Shown piece by piece: positions 1 to 8,172 of a stretch of DNA of 24,201 bases. The notes beneath the pieces were generated by a model. It did no database searches and was not told where the DNA came from. It saw only the letters and a program-made list of their open reading frames with translations. How positions within the stretch are numbered: the first letter of the stretch is position 1; each line of letters starts with the position of its first letter. Source of the stretch: Pyrinomonadaceae bacterium (lineage in GTDB: Bacteria > Acidobacteriota > Blastocatellia > Pyrinomonadales > Pyrinomonadaceae); contig JBOGOY010000001.1 in assembly GCA_050748185.1 (NCBI GenBank), positions 1 to 24,201 on the forward strand, written 5' to 3'. The position numbers and the translations under genes were made by a program.

Positions 1-147
1 CCGACCATCCTGCGCGCCTTTGTCGAAAGGCTAAAACTTTGACCGGCTTCATGTTGCCCTTCTCGCTGCGGCAGCCGAGCGGAGCGAAGGCGGCGGTCAT
101 TTACACAAAAGAATTTACACCCTCGTTAAACAGGGGTCTTCACACTG

Positions 148-214
148 AGTCCAGCACTTTATTCTCTAGTCCACGACTTTATTCCCTAGTTCAGGACTTT
201 ATTCCCGAAAGACA
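148..214 (-). mobile_element. Probable Tn7-like transposon end: terminal TGT plus three tandem TnsB-binding-site-like repeats at 20-bp period
   Basis: The minus strand from 214 reads TGTCTTTC GGGAATAAAGTCCTGAACTA GGGAATAAAGTCGTGGACTA GAGAATAAAGTGCTGGACT. It has the same layout and AATAAAGTC..AACT core, at the same offset from TGT, as the Tn7 right end as I recall it (TGTGGGCG GACAATAAAGTCTTAAACTG). The segment is AT-rich relative to the window. No transposase gene is visible here. Confidence 0.72.
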
Positions 215-232
215 TAAGCGTTAGCCAGGTCG

Positions 233-1462
233 TTAGCTGCCGCCGGAGAGTTTGCCGATGAGGGTGAAGAGCGGCAGGTACATGGCGATGACGATGCCGC
301 CGATGGTGACGCCGAGAAAGGCGATCATCGCCGGCTCGATGAGCGTCAGCAGGTTGGCGATGGCGGCGTCCACCTCCGCCTCGTAGAAGTCGGCGATCTT
401 GCCGAGCATCGCGTCGAGCGCGCCGGTCTGTTCGCCGATGCCGACCATCTGCGCCACCATGTTCGGGAAGACATCGGTCGCCTTCAGCGGATCGACGAAA
501 TTCTCGCCGCTCTCGACGCCGGTGCGGATCTTCATGATCGCCTCTTCGATAATCACGTTGCCGGCGGTGCGCGCCGTGATGTCGAGCGCCTGCAAAATCG
601 GGACGCCCGAGGAGAGCAGCGTCGCCAGCGTCCGCGAGAAGCGCGAGATCGCGACCTTGCGTAGGATGTTGCCGATGAGCGGCATCTTCAGCGTCAGGCT
701 GTCGATCACGCGCCGGCCGCCCGGCGTCTTGTAGTAGAAGCGGAGCCCGATGATCGTGGCGACAAGCGTCAGCAGGATCGCGAGGCCGCCCCAGCCGGCG
801 AGGAACGAACTGATGCCGGTAACGATGCGGGTCGGCAGCGGCAGTTGCTCGCCCGGCCCGAGCAGGCCCATGAAGATCGCCTCGAACTGCGGGATGACGA
901 AAACCATGATCGCCGCCACCACCACCACCGCGATGACGATCACCGCCGACGGGTAGATGAGCGCCGAAACAACGTCGCGCTTCAGCTTGACCACCTTCTC
1001 AATGAAAGACGAAAGGCGCTGAAGAATGAGGTCGAGGATGCCGCCCGTCTCGCCCGCTTCGATCATGTTGACGAAGAGCTGGTCGAAGACGCGCGGATGG
1101 CGCGCCATCGCCGCGGCGAGGGTCGCGCCCTCTTCCACGTCCTGCCGGACCTGCGTCAGCGTCTGCATGAAAAACTTGTTCTCCTGCTGGCTGGCGAGAA
1201 TGTCGAGGCATTGCACGAGGGGGAGGCCGGCGTCGATCATCACCGAGAACTGGCGCGTGAAGATCGCCATCTCTTTCGACTTGACCTTGCCGCGGCCCGA
1301 GAGTTTCGGGACCGCGATTTCGCGCCCCTTCTCTTTGACCGAGGTGAGCATCACCTGCTCGCGCCGGAGCAACTGGCGCAGCACCTCGCGGCTGTCGGCC
1401 ACGCGCTCGCCGACGATCGCCTCGCCGAGCCGGGTGCGTCCTTTGAAGACGTAAGTGGGCAT
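233..1462 (-). CDS. pilC: Type IV pilus inner-membrane platform protein PilC (GspF family)
   Basis: 409 aa. Motifs FTRQFSVMIDAGLPL, EAGETGGILD, LLSSGVPIL, GEQTGALDAML and LIEPAMI..AMYLPLF. AGGAG RBS at 1471-1475. Follows pilB and pilT. Confidence 0.95.
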   Translation of the reverse strand: MPTYVFKGRTRLGEAIVGERVADSREVLRQLLRREQVMLTSVKEKGREIAVPKLSGRGKVKSKEMAIFTRQFSVMIDAGLPLVQCLDILASQQENKFFMQTLTQVRQDVEEGATLAAAMARHPRVFDQLFVNMIEAGETGGILDLILQRLSSFIEKVVKLKRDVVSALIYPSAVIVIAVVVVAAIMVFVIPQFEAIFMGLLGPGEQLPLPTRIVTGISSFLAGWGGLAILLTLVATIIGLRFYYKTPGGRRVIDSLTLKMPLIGNILRKVAISRFSRTLATLLSSGVPILQALDITARTAGNVIIEEAIMKIRTGVESGENFVDPLKATDVFPNMVAQMVGIGEQTGALDAMLGKIADFYEAEVDAAIANLLTLIEPAMIAFLGVTIGGIVIAMYLPLFTLIGKLSGGS

Positions 1463-1485
1463 CTCTATAACTCCTAAAGAAAAGA

Positions 1486-1560
1486 AGTCAGTAGTCAGTA
1501 GTCAGTAGTCAGTAGAGAGACATTTACATGCTGGCTACTGGCTACTGGCTACTGGCTACT
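1486..1560. repeat. Inverted heptamer array (AGTCAGT)x4 ... (CTGGCTA)x4 between pilT and pilC
   Basis: Arms 1486-1515 and 1531-1560 are reverse complements apart from one mismatch per 7-bp unit. Confidence 0.9.
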
Positions 1561-2801
1561 TACCTTGGGGTTGGTCGCGCGCCGACGGGGCGCGGCTGGG
1601 CGTAGGGCGAAGGGTGCTGCTGCTGCAACGGCGGCATGGGGCGCGGCGGCGCGCCGTGGTGGGGGCCACCTCCTGCTGCTGCCGTGCCGCCGCCGCTGTT
1701 GATGCCGGCGCCGTGCTCGATCAGATCGCGCAGTTCGTCGGTGTTGTTCGAGCGCTGCATCGCCAGTTCGAGCGAGATGAGCCGCCTGTGGTAGAGCGTG
1801 GCGAGCGACTGATTGAAGGTCTGCATCCCGTACTTGTCCTGCCCGGTCTGCATCATCGAGTAGACCTGATGGATCTTGTCTTCGCGAATGAGGTTGCGGA
1901 TCGCCGAGTTGGGGACCAGTATTTCGAGCGCCGCGACGCGCCCGTGCCCGTCTGCCTTCGGCAGTAGCGACTGGCACATGATGCCTTCGAGGACCAGTGA
2001 GAGTTGCGCGCGCACCTGCGCCTGCTGGTTCGAGGGGAAGACGTCGATGATGCGGTTGATCGTCGAGGCCGCGCTGTTAGTGTGCAGCGTCGCAAACGTC
2101 AGGTGGCCCGTCTCGGCGATGCGGAGCGCCGACTCGATGGTTTCGAGATCGCGCATTTCGCCGATCAGCACTACGTCCGGGTCTTGGCGCAGGGCGGTTC
2201 GGAGCGCCTCGCCGAAGGACTTCGTGTCCGATCCGACTTCGCGCTGGTTGACGAGGCACTTCTTGTGCGCGTGCAGAAACTCGATCGGGTCTTCGATGGT
2301 GACGATGTGCTCGTGGCGCTCGCGGTTGATCTTGTCGAGCATCGCGGCGAGCGTCGTGGACTTGCCGGAGCCGGTCGGGCCGGTGACGAGGATCAGGCCG
2401 CGCGGGCGGTCGCACAGTTTCGAGACGACGGGCGGCAGGCCGAGGGTCTCGAACGAGCGGATCTCGTAAGGGATCGCGCGAAAGACCGCGCCGACCGCGC
2501 CGCGCTGGTTGAAGAGGTTGGCGCGGAAACGCGAGAGACCGCGCACGCCGAAAGAGAAGTCAAGTTCGAGCGATTCCTCGAAGCGGTGCTTTTGCGCGTC
2601 GGTGAGCACGCTGTAGGCGAGTTGCTTCGTGTCGGCCGAGGTCAACACCTTAAAGCCGTCGATGGGCCGCAACTCGCCGTCCACGCGCACCTGCGGAGGC
2701 GTGTTGGTCGTCAAGTGCAGGTCCGAACCGCCGAGCTCGATGAGCTTCTTCAGCAGGTCCGAGAGCGAGAGTTGGTTGAGTGCCGATTCGTTAGCTGACA
2801 T
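1560..2801 (-). CDS. pilT: Type IV pilus retraction ATPase PilT
   Basis: SDLHL, Walker A GPTGSGKST, TIEDPIE, Walker B region LRQDPDVVLIGEMRD, His box ETGHLTFATLHT, and the PilT-specific AIRNLIRE motif. Ends in a Gly/Pro-rich tail. Confidence 0.96.
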   Translation of the reverse strand: MSANESALNQLSLSDLLKKLIELGGSDLHLTTNTPPQVRVDGELRPIDGFKVLTSADTKQLAYSVLTDAQKHRFEESLELDFSFGVRGLSRFRANLFNQRGAVGAVFRAIPYEIRSFETLGLPPVVSKLCDRPRGLILVTGPTGSGKSTTLAAMLDKINRERHEHIVTIEDPIEFLHAHKKCLVNQREVGSDTKSFGEALRTALRQDPDVVLIGEMRDLETIESALRIAETGHLTFATLHTNSAASTINRIIDVFPSNQQAQVRAQLSLVLEGIMCQSLLPKADGHGRVAALEILVPNSAIRNLIREDKIHQVYSMMQTGQDKYGMQTFNQSLATLYHRRLISLELAMQRSNNTDELRDLIEHGAGINSGGGTAAAGGGPHHGAPPRPMPPLQQQHPSPYAQPRPVGARPTPR

Positions 2802-2810
2802 ATGAATTGG

Positions 2811-2893
<83 letters not shown>

Positions 2894-2894
2894 G

Positions 2895-3701
2895 TTACCG
2901 GGCCGCCTGCGCGGTCGCTTGGTCGCTCGGCCGGCGCAAGGCGAGGGCCGTAAGGAACTGTTCGGACTGGGCCGCCAACTCGCCGGCGCTGGCGGCCGGG
3001 GCGTGAGCGGCGAGGCTGTAGATGTGCCCTTCGTGCTCGGTGAAGTAGAACGTCCAAGTGCGGCGCGAGCCGTCGGCGGCGTTCGACTGCGCGACGACGA
3101 CGAATACTCTCTGGCCGCCGAGTTGCCGCTCGAAATCGTTGATGACCCATCCGCCCTCGGCGATCATGCGGTCGATCACGGTGCGGCGCAGGGAAGTGGT
3201 CGGCACTCCTCCGAGCATCTTGGTGCGGGGGCCGAGGACGAGGCCCGTCACGTCGGCCGGCGCGGCCCCGACGCGGGACCAGTGGGCCGTGCCGAGTACC
3301 GTGCGCCCGTCGCCGGCGAGCGCATTAAAGCGCACTTCGCCCTGACGTGGGGACGCCGACGCGGACCAGTTGCCGGGCACCGGGAGCGACGCCCTGAGAG
3401 CGGCCGGGCTCGGGACGACGATTTTCGCCGCGGCCGGGTTGAGCGCGGCGGCGGGGCTGCCGTGAGAGCGCAACAGCAACTGGGCTGCCTCGGCGCGACG
3501 GCGGTGGCGTGCATCTCTGAGGGCGCGCTGGCGGCGCAGCCACGCGCGGCGGCGTCGCCACCATGCGCGCGAATGCTTGCGCTTGCCGTGGTGGTGCGCC
3601 TCGGCGCTCAAACTCCACGCGGCCAGCGATTCGCTCAAAGGCAGCGACGCGGCCAAAGTGGCGAGGACTAAAAGTAAAGATAAAATTCCGGCGCGCTTCA
3701 T
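2895..3701 (-). CDS. Exported hypothetical protein with an Arg/His/Trp-rich segment and a possible PsbP/DcrB-like C-terminal domain
   Basis: 268 aa with a signal-peptide-like N-terminus (MKRAGILSLLLVLATLAASLP) and a GAGGGAG RBS. It fills the gap between pilB and pilT on the same strand. The fold guess comes only from the beta-rich pattern plus terminal helix. Confidence 0.8.
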   Translation of the reverse strand: MKRAGILSLLLVLATLAASLPLSESLAAWSLSAEAHHHGKRKHSRAWWRRRRAWLRRQRALRDARHRRRAEAAQLLLRSHGSPAAALNPAAAKIVVPSPAALRASLPVPGNWSASASPRQGEVRFNALAGDGRTVLGTAHWSRVGAAPADVTGLVLGPRTKMLGGVPTTSLRRTVIDRMIAEGGWVINDFERQLGGQRVFVVVAQSNAADGSRRTWTFYFTEHEGHIYSLAAHAPAASAGELAAQSEQFLTALALRRPSDQATAQAAR

Positions 3702-3719
3702 CAGGTCTTCTCCCTCTTC

Positions 3720-5528
3720 TCAGGCTACCGTCTCACGCACGACCTCTTCGAGCGTGGTGACCCCGTTCTTGATCTTGATCAGCCCCGACCGCCGCAAGGT
3801 GAACATCCCGTTTTCGATGGCGCGCTTCCTCAGTTCCAGCGCCGAAGCGCCAATCAGGATCAGCTCGCGGATGTCTTCGGTGATCTCCATCACTTCGTAG
3901 AGGCCGACGCGGCCCTTGTAGCCGGTGTTGTTGCATTTGGCACAGCCAGTCCCCTTGTAGGTTCTGACCTGCCGCGCTTCTTCGGCCGTGAAGCCCACCT
4001 CGACGAGCGCCTCGGGCGGCGTCGGGTGCTCGACCTTGCACTCCGTACAGATGCGTCGGACGAGACGCTGCGCCTGAATCAAGTTGACGGAGGTGGCGAC
4101 GAGGAACGGCTCGATGCCCATGTTCATCAGACGCGAGATGGTGGAGGGCGCGTCGTTGGTGTGGAGGGTGGAGAGGACGAGGTGGCCGGTGAGCGCGGCC
4201 TTGATGGCGATCTCGGCGGTCTCGAAGTCGCGGATTTCGCCGACGAGGACGATGTTCGGGTCTTGGCGCAGGAACGAGCGCAACGCGGCCGCGAAGTTCA
4301 ACCCGATCTGCTCTTTCATCTGCACCTGATTGATGCCGTGCAGGTTGAACTCGACCGGGTCTTCGGCCGTCATAATGTTCGTGTTGTTGGTGTTCAGCGA
4401 CTGGAGCGCCGAGTAGAGCGTGTTGGTCTTACCCGAGCCGGTGGGACCAGTGACCAGCACCATGCCGTAAGGCTTCGTGATGTTGCGCTGGAACTTGACG
4501 AGCGATTCTTCTTCGAAGCCGAGCTTCGTCATGTCGAGCATCAGCTTCTCTTTGTCGAGCAGGCGGAGCACGACCTTCTCGCCGAACAGCGTGGGAAGCG
4601 TCGAGACGCGGAAGTCCAACTCGCGCGAGCGCCCCTGTGCCCGGAGTTTGATCTTGATGCGGCCGTCCTGCGGCAGACGCTTCTCCGAAATGTCGAGTTT
4701 CGACATGATCTTGATGCGGGAGATGATCGCATCCCGCAGGCGCAGCGGCGGGTGCATCACGTCATAGAGCACGCCGTCGATGCGGAAGCGGATGCGGAGG
4801 TCTTTCTCATAGGGCTCGATATGGATGTCGGAAGCGGCGCGCTGCAGCGCGTCAACCAGCAGAACGTTGACGAGGCGGACGACGGGGGCGTCCTCGCTCA
4901 TCAGCGCGAGGTTCGAGACGTCGATCTCGTCATTGTCGTCGATGACCTCGACGCCGGCCGCCGCCCCCTCGTCGAAGTCGAGGTGGTCGAGCGAGACCGA
5001 GTCCTCGCTGAAGGCGAAGCCGCTGCCGTTCGCGCCGTTGCCGTTGCCATGGCCGTTGGCGCTGACGTGGAGGTCGGTGAAGCCGGCCAGTTCGATCTGT
5101 TTGGTGGCCCCGTAATACTGCTCGATGGACGCGCGCACGCCCGCCTCGGAGACGACCACCGGCTCGATGTTGAGGCCGGTCATGAACTTAATGTCGTCCA
5201 TCGCGAAGACGTTGGTCGGATCCACCATGGCCAGCGTCAGCGTCGCGCCCGAGCGCGAGACGGGCAGCACCGAATACTTCTCGGCGACTTCGCGGGGGAT
5301 GAGCCGCAGCACGGAAGGCTCGATGTCGAACAGTTCGAGGTTGACGCTCGGCACGCCGTACTGGCGCGACAGCACGGCCGTCACCATATCGTCGGAGATC
5401 AGGCCGAGCTTCACGAGGTTGAACCCCAGCCGGCCGCCGTGTTCGCGTTGATAGTCGAGGGCCGAACGGAGCTGTTGCGCCGTCAGGAGGTTTTCGCGAA
5501 CGAGAATCTCGCCAAGCTTTGCCGACAT
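3720..5528 (-). CDS. pilB: Type IV pilus assembly ATPase PilB with an N-terminal MshEN-like region
   Basis: ASDIHIEP, EKRLPQDGRI, Walker A GPTGSGKT, LRQDPNIVLVGEIRD, LTGHLVLSTLHTND, and tetracysteine CTEC..CAKC. The N-terminus carries KLGEILV and RLGFNLV repeats. Confidence 0.96.
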   Translation of the reverse strand: MSAKLGEILVRENLLTAQQLRSALDYQREHGGRLGFNLVKLGLISDDMVTAVLSRQYGVPSVNLELFDIEPSVLRLIPREVAEKYSVLPVSRSGATLTLAMVDPTNVFAMDDIKFMTGLNIEPVVVSEAGVRASIEQYYGATKQIELAGFTDLHVSANGHGNGNGANGSGFAFSEDSVSLDHLDFDEGAAAGVEVIDDNDEIDVSNLALMSEDAPVVRLVNVLLVDALQRAASDIHIEPYEKDLRIRFRIDGVLYDVMHPPLRLRDAIISRIKIMSKLDISEKRLPQDGRIKIKLRAQGRSRELDFRVSTLPTLFGEKVVLRLLDKEKLMLDMTKLGFEEESLVKFQRNITKPYGMVLVTGPTGSGKTNTLYSALQSLNTNNTNIMTAEDPVEFNLHGINQVQMKEQIGLNFAAALRSFLRQDPNIVLVGEIRDFETAEIAIKAALTGHLVLSTLHTNDAPSTISRLMNMGIEPFLVATSVNLIQAQRLVRRICTECKVEHPTPPEALVEVGFTAEEARQVRTYKGTGCAKCNNTGYKGRVGLYEVMEITEDIRELILIGASALELRKRAIENGMFTLRRSGLIKIKNGVTTLEEVVRETVA

Positions 5529-5676
5529 CTTTAGTTACACTTTGCTACGAGTTGCAGATTGCTGACGAAGGGACCGAACAGCGGGCGGGCTGAAACAAAA
5601 CCTCGGTTAACCGTCTAATCTAAAACCGGAGAGTGTTTGTCCGTAAGCAACGATGGTAAACACCGTTGGTATTGGC

Positions 5677-5706
5677 AGGATACAAGGCGGATGGTTCGGC
5701 TGTCAA
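5677..5706 (-). promoter_or_regulatory. Candidate sigma-70 promoter for the pilB operon
   Basis: Minus strand TTGACA (5706-5701), 18-nt spacer, TATCCT (5682-5677). It lies just downstream of the upstream gene's terminator. Confidence 0.5.
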
Positions 5707-5734
5707 GATGAAATGGGTAAGGTCAGTCTGACCG

Positions 5735-5766
5735 AAAAAGGCCGCCACCCGAATGGGCGGCGGCCT
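5735..5766 (-). terminator. Rho-independent terminator of the TPR gene
   Basis: Minus strand AGGCCGCCGCCC-ATTC-GGGTGGCGGCCT followed by TTTT, about 30 bp after the stop at 5794. Confidence 0.85.
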
Positions 5767-5793
5767 CCGAGAAACAGTTGATTCGCGCTCGAA

Positions 5794-7143
5794 TTAGGGC
5801 CGGCGGCGGGTGTTGGTCTTGCTGCCTTTCTTGGCGTCTTCCTGCTTCGCCGCATCGGCGCTCTTGAGTGTGTCCTCAAGGTATTTGACCATCTCCGTCG
5901 CTTCCTGCTTACGCGGATTCGTCTCCGGCGCTTTGCTCACGTACTGCTGAAGCGTATCGCGCGCCTCCGCGATCTGCGGCGGGTCAACTGAGGCCAGCGC
6001 CAGCCCGAGGCCGTACATCGCGTCCAAGTTGTTCGGGTTTGCGGTCAGCACCTCGCGGAACTTGGCGACGGCTTCGTCAACCCGGCCGGCGAAGAACAGC
6101 GCGTCGCCGAGGCTGGCCTGCGCTTTGTCCTTCTTCGCGGAGTCAGGCTCGACCGCGATGTAGGCCTGAATTGCTTTGGCGGCGGCCTCGTTGTCGATCG
6201 ATGTCTTCGTCTGCATCGCGAGACGATACGTTTCGGCGAGCGTGGACAGGTGGAGCAGTTCGTCGTTCGGCTTGTTGCCGGGTGCGGCAGGGGCCGCGCC
6301 GGCGGCCGTGCCGCCCTGACTGGCGTTGCGGAACAAGGCCAGAGCTTTCTCGCCGTTGTCCACGGCGGTCTTCAGGTCGGCCCTTGACGCTTCGAACCCC
6401 GCGTCTCTTTCGGCCTTGTCTTTGGATCTCACGGCCAAGTTGTATTTTTCGACGCCGCGCGAGCGCAGGGCAATGCCCTTGTTCAGGTATAACACCGCCT
6501 CGTCAGCATCAATCCCGATCCCTTGATCGTAGAGCGTGATCGCCTCGTCCAGCTTTCTCAACTTGTCCGCCCCCGACAGCTTGTTAGACTCGTTGATCGC
6601 GGTGTTGGCGGCGGTGAAGATCGGGGGAAGCTTGGCATTGCGATCTTCGATATTCCTATTTTTGGCTTCGATTTCGGCCCGCTTCGCCAGTTCCTCGGCC
6701 ATCTTTTTCTTGTCCTCCGCGGACATCTCGCCGCGGGCCGCCGCCGGGGCAGCCGTCGTGGCCGCCTTAGTCTGTTCGAGCGTTAGCGCGCTGCCGTCGC
6801 CGGGGATGAGTTTGAAGTTATTCTCCGACCTCTGGCCCAATCGCACGCCCGCGAGGAAATCGGGCTGCGCGCCCGGCGCGCTGACAACGATGGTGAACGT
6901 CCCGACCAAAGGGATCCCCGCGTTGACGTAACGGCCGCTCTTGTCGGTCTTGGCCGAAAACTCCTGCTTGATGTCGGTGCGGTAAAACTTGATCACCGCG
7001 TCTTTGACGGGCACGTCCGTGCCGTCGGCTTGTCTGAGTGTGACGGTGCCGCTGGCGGTGACGACCTGCGCGGCGGCGGCGGCCGACATCAGCGCGATGA
7101 ACAGCGCGGCGGCGAGCGTGTGCGTGAGATTTTTCAGGCGCAT
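5794..7143 (-). CDS. Exported protein with an N-terminal carboxypeptidase-regulatory-like beta domain and TPR repeats
   Basis: Start moved to ATG 7143 (GGAGGAG RBS at 7153-7159). Signal peptide ends AAAAA-Q. Contains KTDKSGRY..GTFTIVVSAPG and TPR-like LGDALFFAGRVDEAVAKFREVLTANPNNLDAMYGLGLAL. Confidence 0.85.
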   Translation of the reverse strand: MRLKNLTHTLAAALFIALMSAAAAAQVVTASGTVTLRQADGTDVPVKDAVIKFYRTDIKQEFSAKTDKSGRYVNAGIPLVGTFTIVVSAPGAQPDFLAGVRLGQRSENNFKLIPGDGSALTLEQTKAATTAAPAAARGEMSAEDKKKMAEELAKRAEIEAKNRNIEDRNAKLPPIFTAANTAINESNKLSGADKLRKLDEAITLYDQGIGIDADEAVLYLNKGIALRSRGVEKYNLAVRSKDKAERDAGFEASRADLKTAVDNGEKALALFRNASQGGTAAGAAPAAPGNKPNDELLHLSTLAETYRLAMQTKTSIDNEAAAKAIQAYIAVEPDSAKKDKAQASLGDALFFAGRVDEAVAKFREVLTANPNNLDAMYGLGLALASVDPPQIAEARDTLQQYVSKAPETNPRKQEATEMVKYLEDTLKSADAAKQEDAKKGSKTNTRRRP

Positions 7144-7302
7144 AGAAGCGGTCTCCTCCGAAGTGAAACTGGCTGTCTTTGAGAGCCCTAACAGCGACAT
7201 GACGAAACGAAAATTAAAGGGGGCGAGTCAATGCCTAAGATGCCATGGCCGCACGGCCGGTTGTGTTGCGAAGTGAGCTAATAACAAAGTTTGCGACGGC
7301 GA

Positions 7303-8088
7303 TCAAGCGTAGGGAATGGGATCGGCGACGCCCGCCTCGCGAAACGCTCGCAGCCGCAGCGCGCACGAGTCGCAACGCCCGCAGGCCAACTCCTCCGCCC
7401 GGTAACAGGACCACGTCAATTCGAGCGGCGCGCGCAACACCAGCCCGCGCCGGACGATCTCAGACTTGTGTAAGGCGATGACCGGCGTCTTGATGCGGAC
7501 TTGCGTCTCGGGGCGCGTTCCCGCATCAATGGCCTGCTGGAAGGCCGCGTAAAATTCAGGGCGGCAATCGGGATAGCCGGAAGAGTCTTCGGCGACCGCA
7601 CCGATATAGATGCTTTGGGCCTTTAGCACTTCGGCCCAACTCGTCGCGATCGCCAGCAGGTGCGCGTTGCGAAACGGCACGTAGCTCGTCGGAATCTCGC
7701 GTGAAGTGAGATTGGCGGAAGACACCGGAATACTTTTATCCGTCAGCGACGAACCGCCGATTTGCGCGAGGTGTTCGATCGAAGTCGCCAAACGGTGCGC
7801 GGCCCCGAAGTGATCGGCCAGCGCCTCAAACGCACGCCGCTCGCGCCGCTCGGTGCGCTGCCCGTAGGAGACGTGCAGAAACGCGAGCGCCTTATTCTCC
7901 GCGCGCGCCATCGCCGCCGTCACGCACGAATCCATCCCGCCTGAGACGAGACACACCGCGAGGGACGAGGGCAGAGTGATGAAGGATGAATCGGAATCGC
8001 CCGTCTCGCGCACAAGGAGCCCGTCTTTTCCGTCTGACTCGATACCCTCGTCAGGTTGCGTCAATGCGTTTTCGTCGAATCCACCCAT
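7303..8088 (-). CDS. queC: 7-cyano-7-deazaguanine synthase QueC
   Basis: SGGMDS PP-loop, YGQR, YVPFRN, YPDCRPEF and Zn site TWSCY..CGRCDSC. The start is uncertain; 8088 was chosen because the longer ORF start lies inside a repeat element. Confidence 0.93.
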   Translation of the reverse strand: MGGFDENALTQPDEGIESDGKDGLLVRETGDSDSSFITLPSSLAVCLVSGGMDSCVTAAMARAENKALAFLHVSYGQRTERRERRAFEALADHFGAAHRLATSIEHLAQIGGSSLTDKSIPVSSANLTSREIPTSYVPFRNAHLLAIATSWAEVLKAQSIYIGAVAEDSSGYPDCRPEFYAAFQQAIDAGTRPETQVRIKTPVIALHKSEIVRRGLVLRAPLELTWSCYRAEELACGRCDSCALRLRAFREAGVADPIPYA

Positions 8089-8093
8089 AAGTG

Positions 8094-8168
8094 AAATGAT
8101 GAGTGCGGAGCTATGAATTAAAAGCCGCTGGCCCACATTCATCATTCATCATTCCGCATTCATCATTT
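8094..8168. repeat. Inverted heptamer array, AATGATG/AATGCGG family (copy 2, left arm degenerate)
   Basis: AAATGATGAGTGCGGAGCTATGAAT ... ATTCATCATTCATCATTCCGCATTCATCATTT between queE and queC. Confidence 0.85.
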
Positions 8169-8172
8169 TGAC

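Noticed and set aside
1..52. Partial gene at the window edge
   Set aside because: Ambiguous. The + frame ends ...PTILRAFVERLKL* at 42, while a minus-strand ATG at 52 with an AGAAGGG RBS opens MKPVKVLAFRQRRAGWS off the edge. Both are too short to call or to identify as tnsA.
148..207. 20-bp repeats as a CRISPR array or plasmid iterons
   Set aside because: There are no spacers and no rep gene is visible. The terminal TGT at the right offset fits a Tn7-like end better.
39..224. 61-aa ORF on the + strand
   Set aside because: It runs through the putative transposon-end repeats, starts at TTG and has no recognisable motif.
5721..5733. Palindrome GGTCAG-T-CTGACC upstream of the pilB -35 element
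   Set aside because: A single short occurrence. It could be an operator but cannot be distinguished from chance without comparative data.
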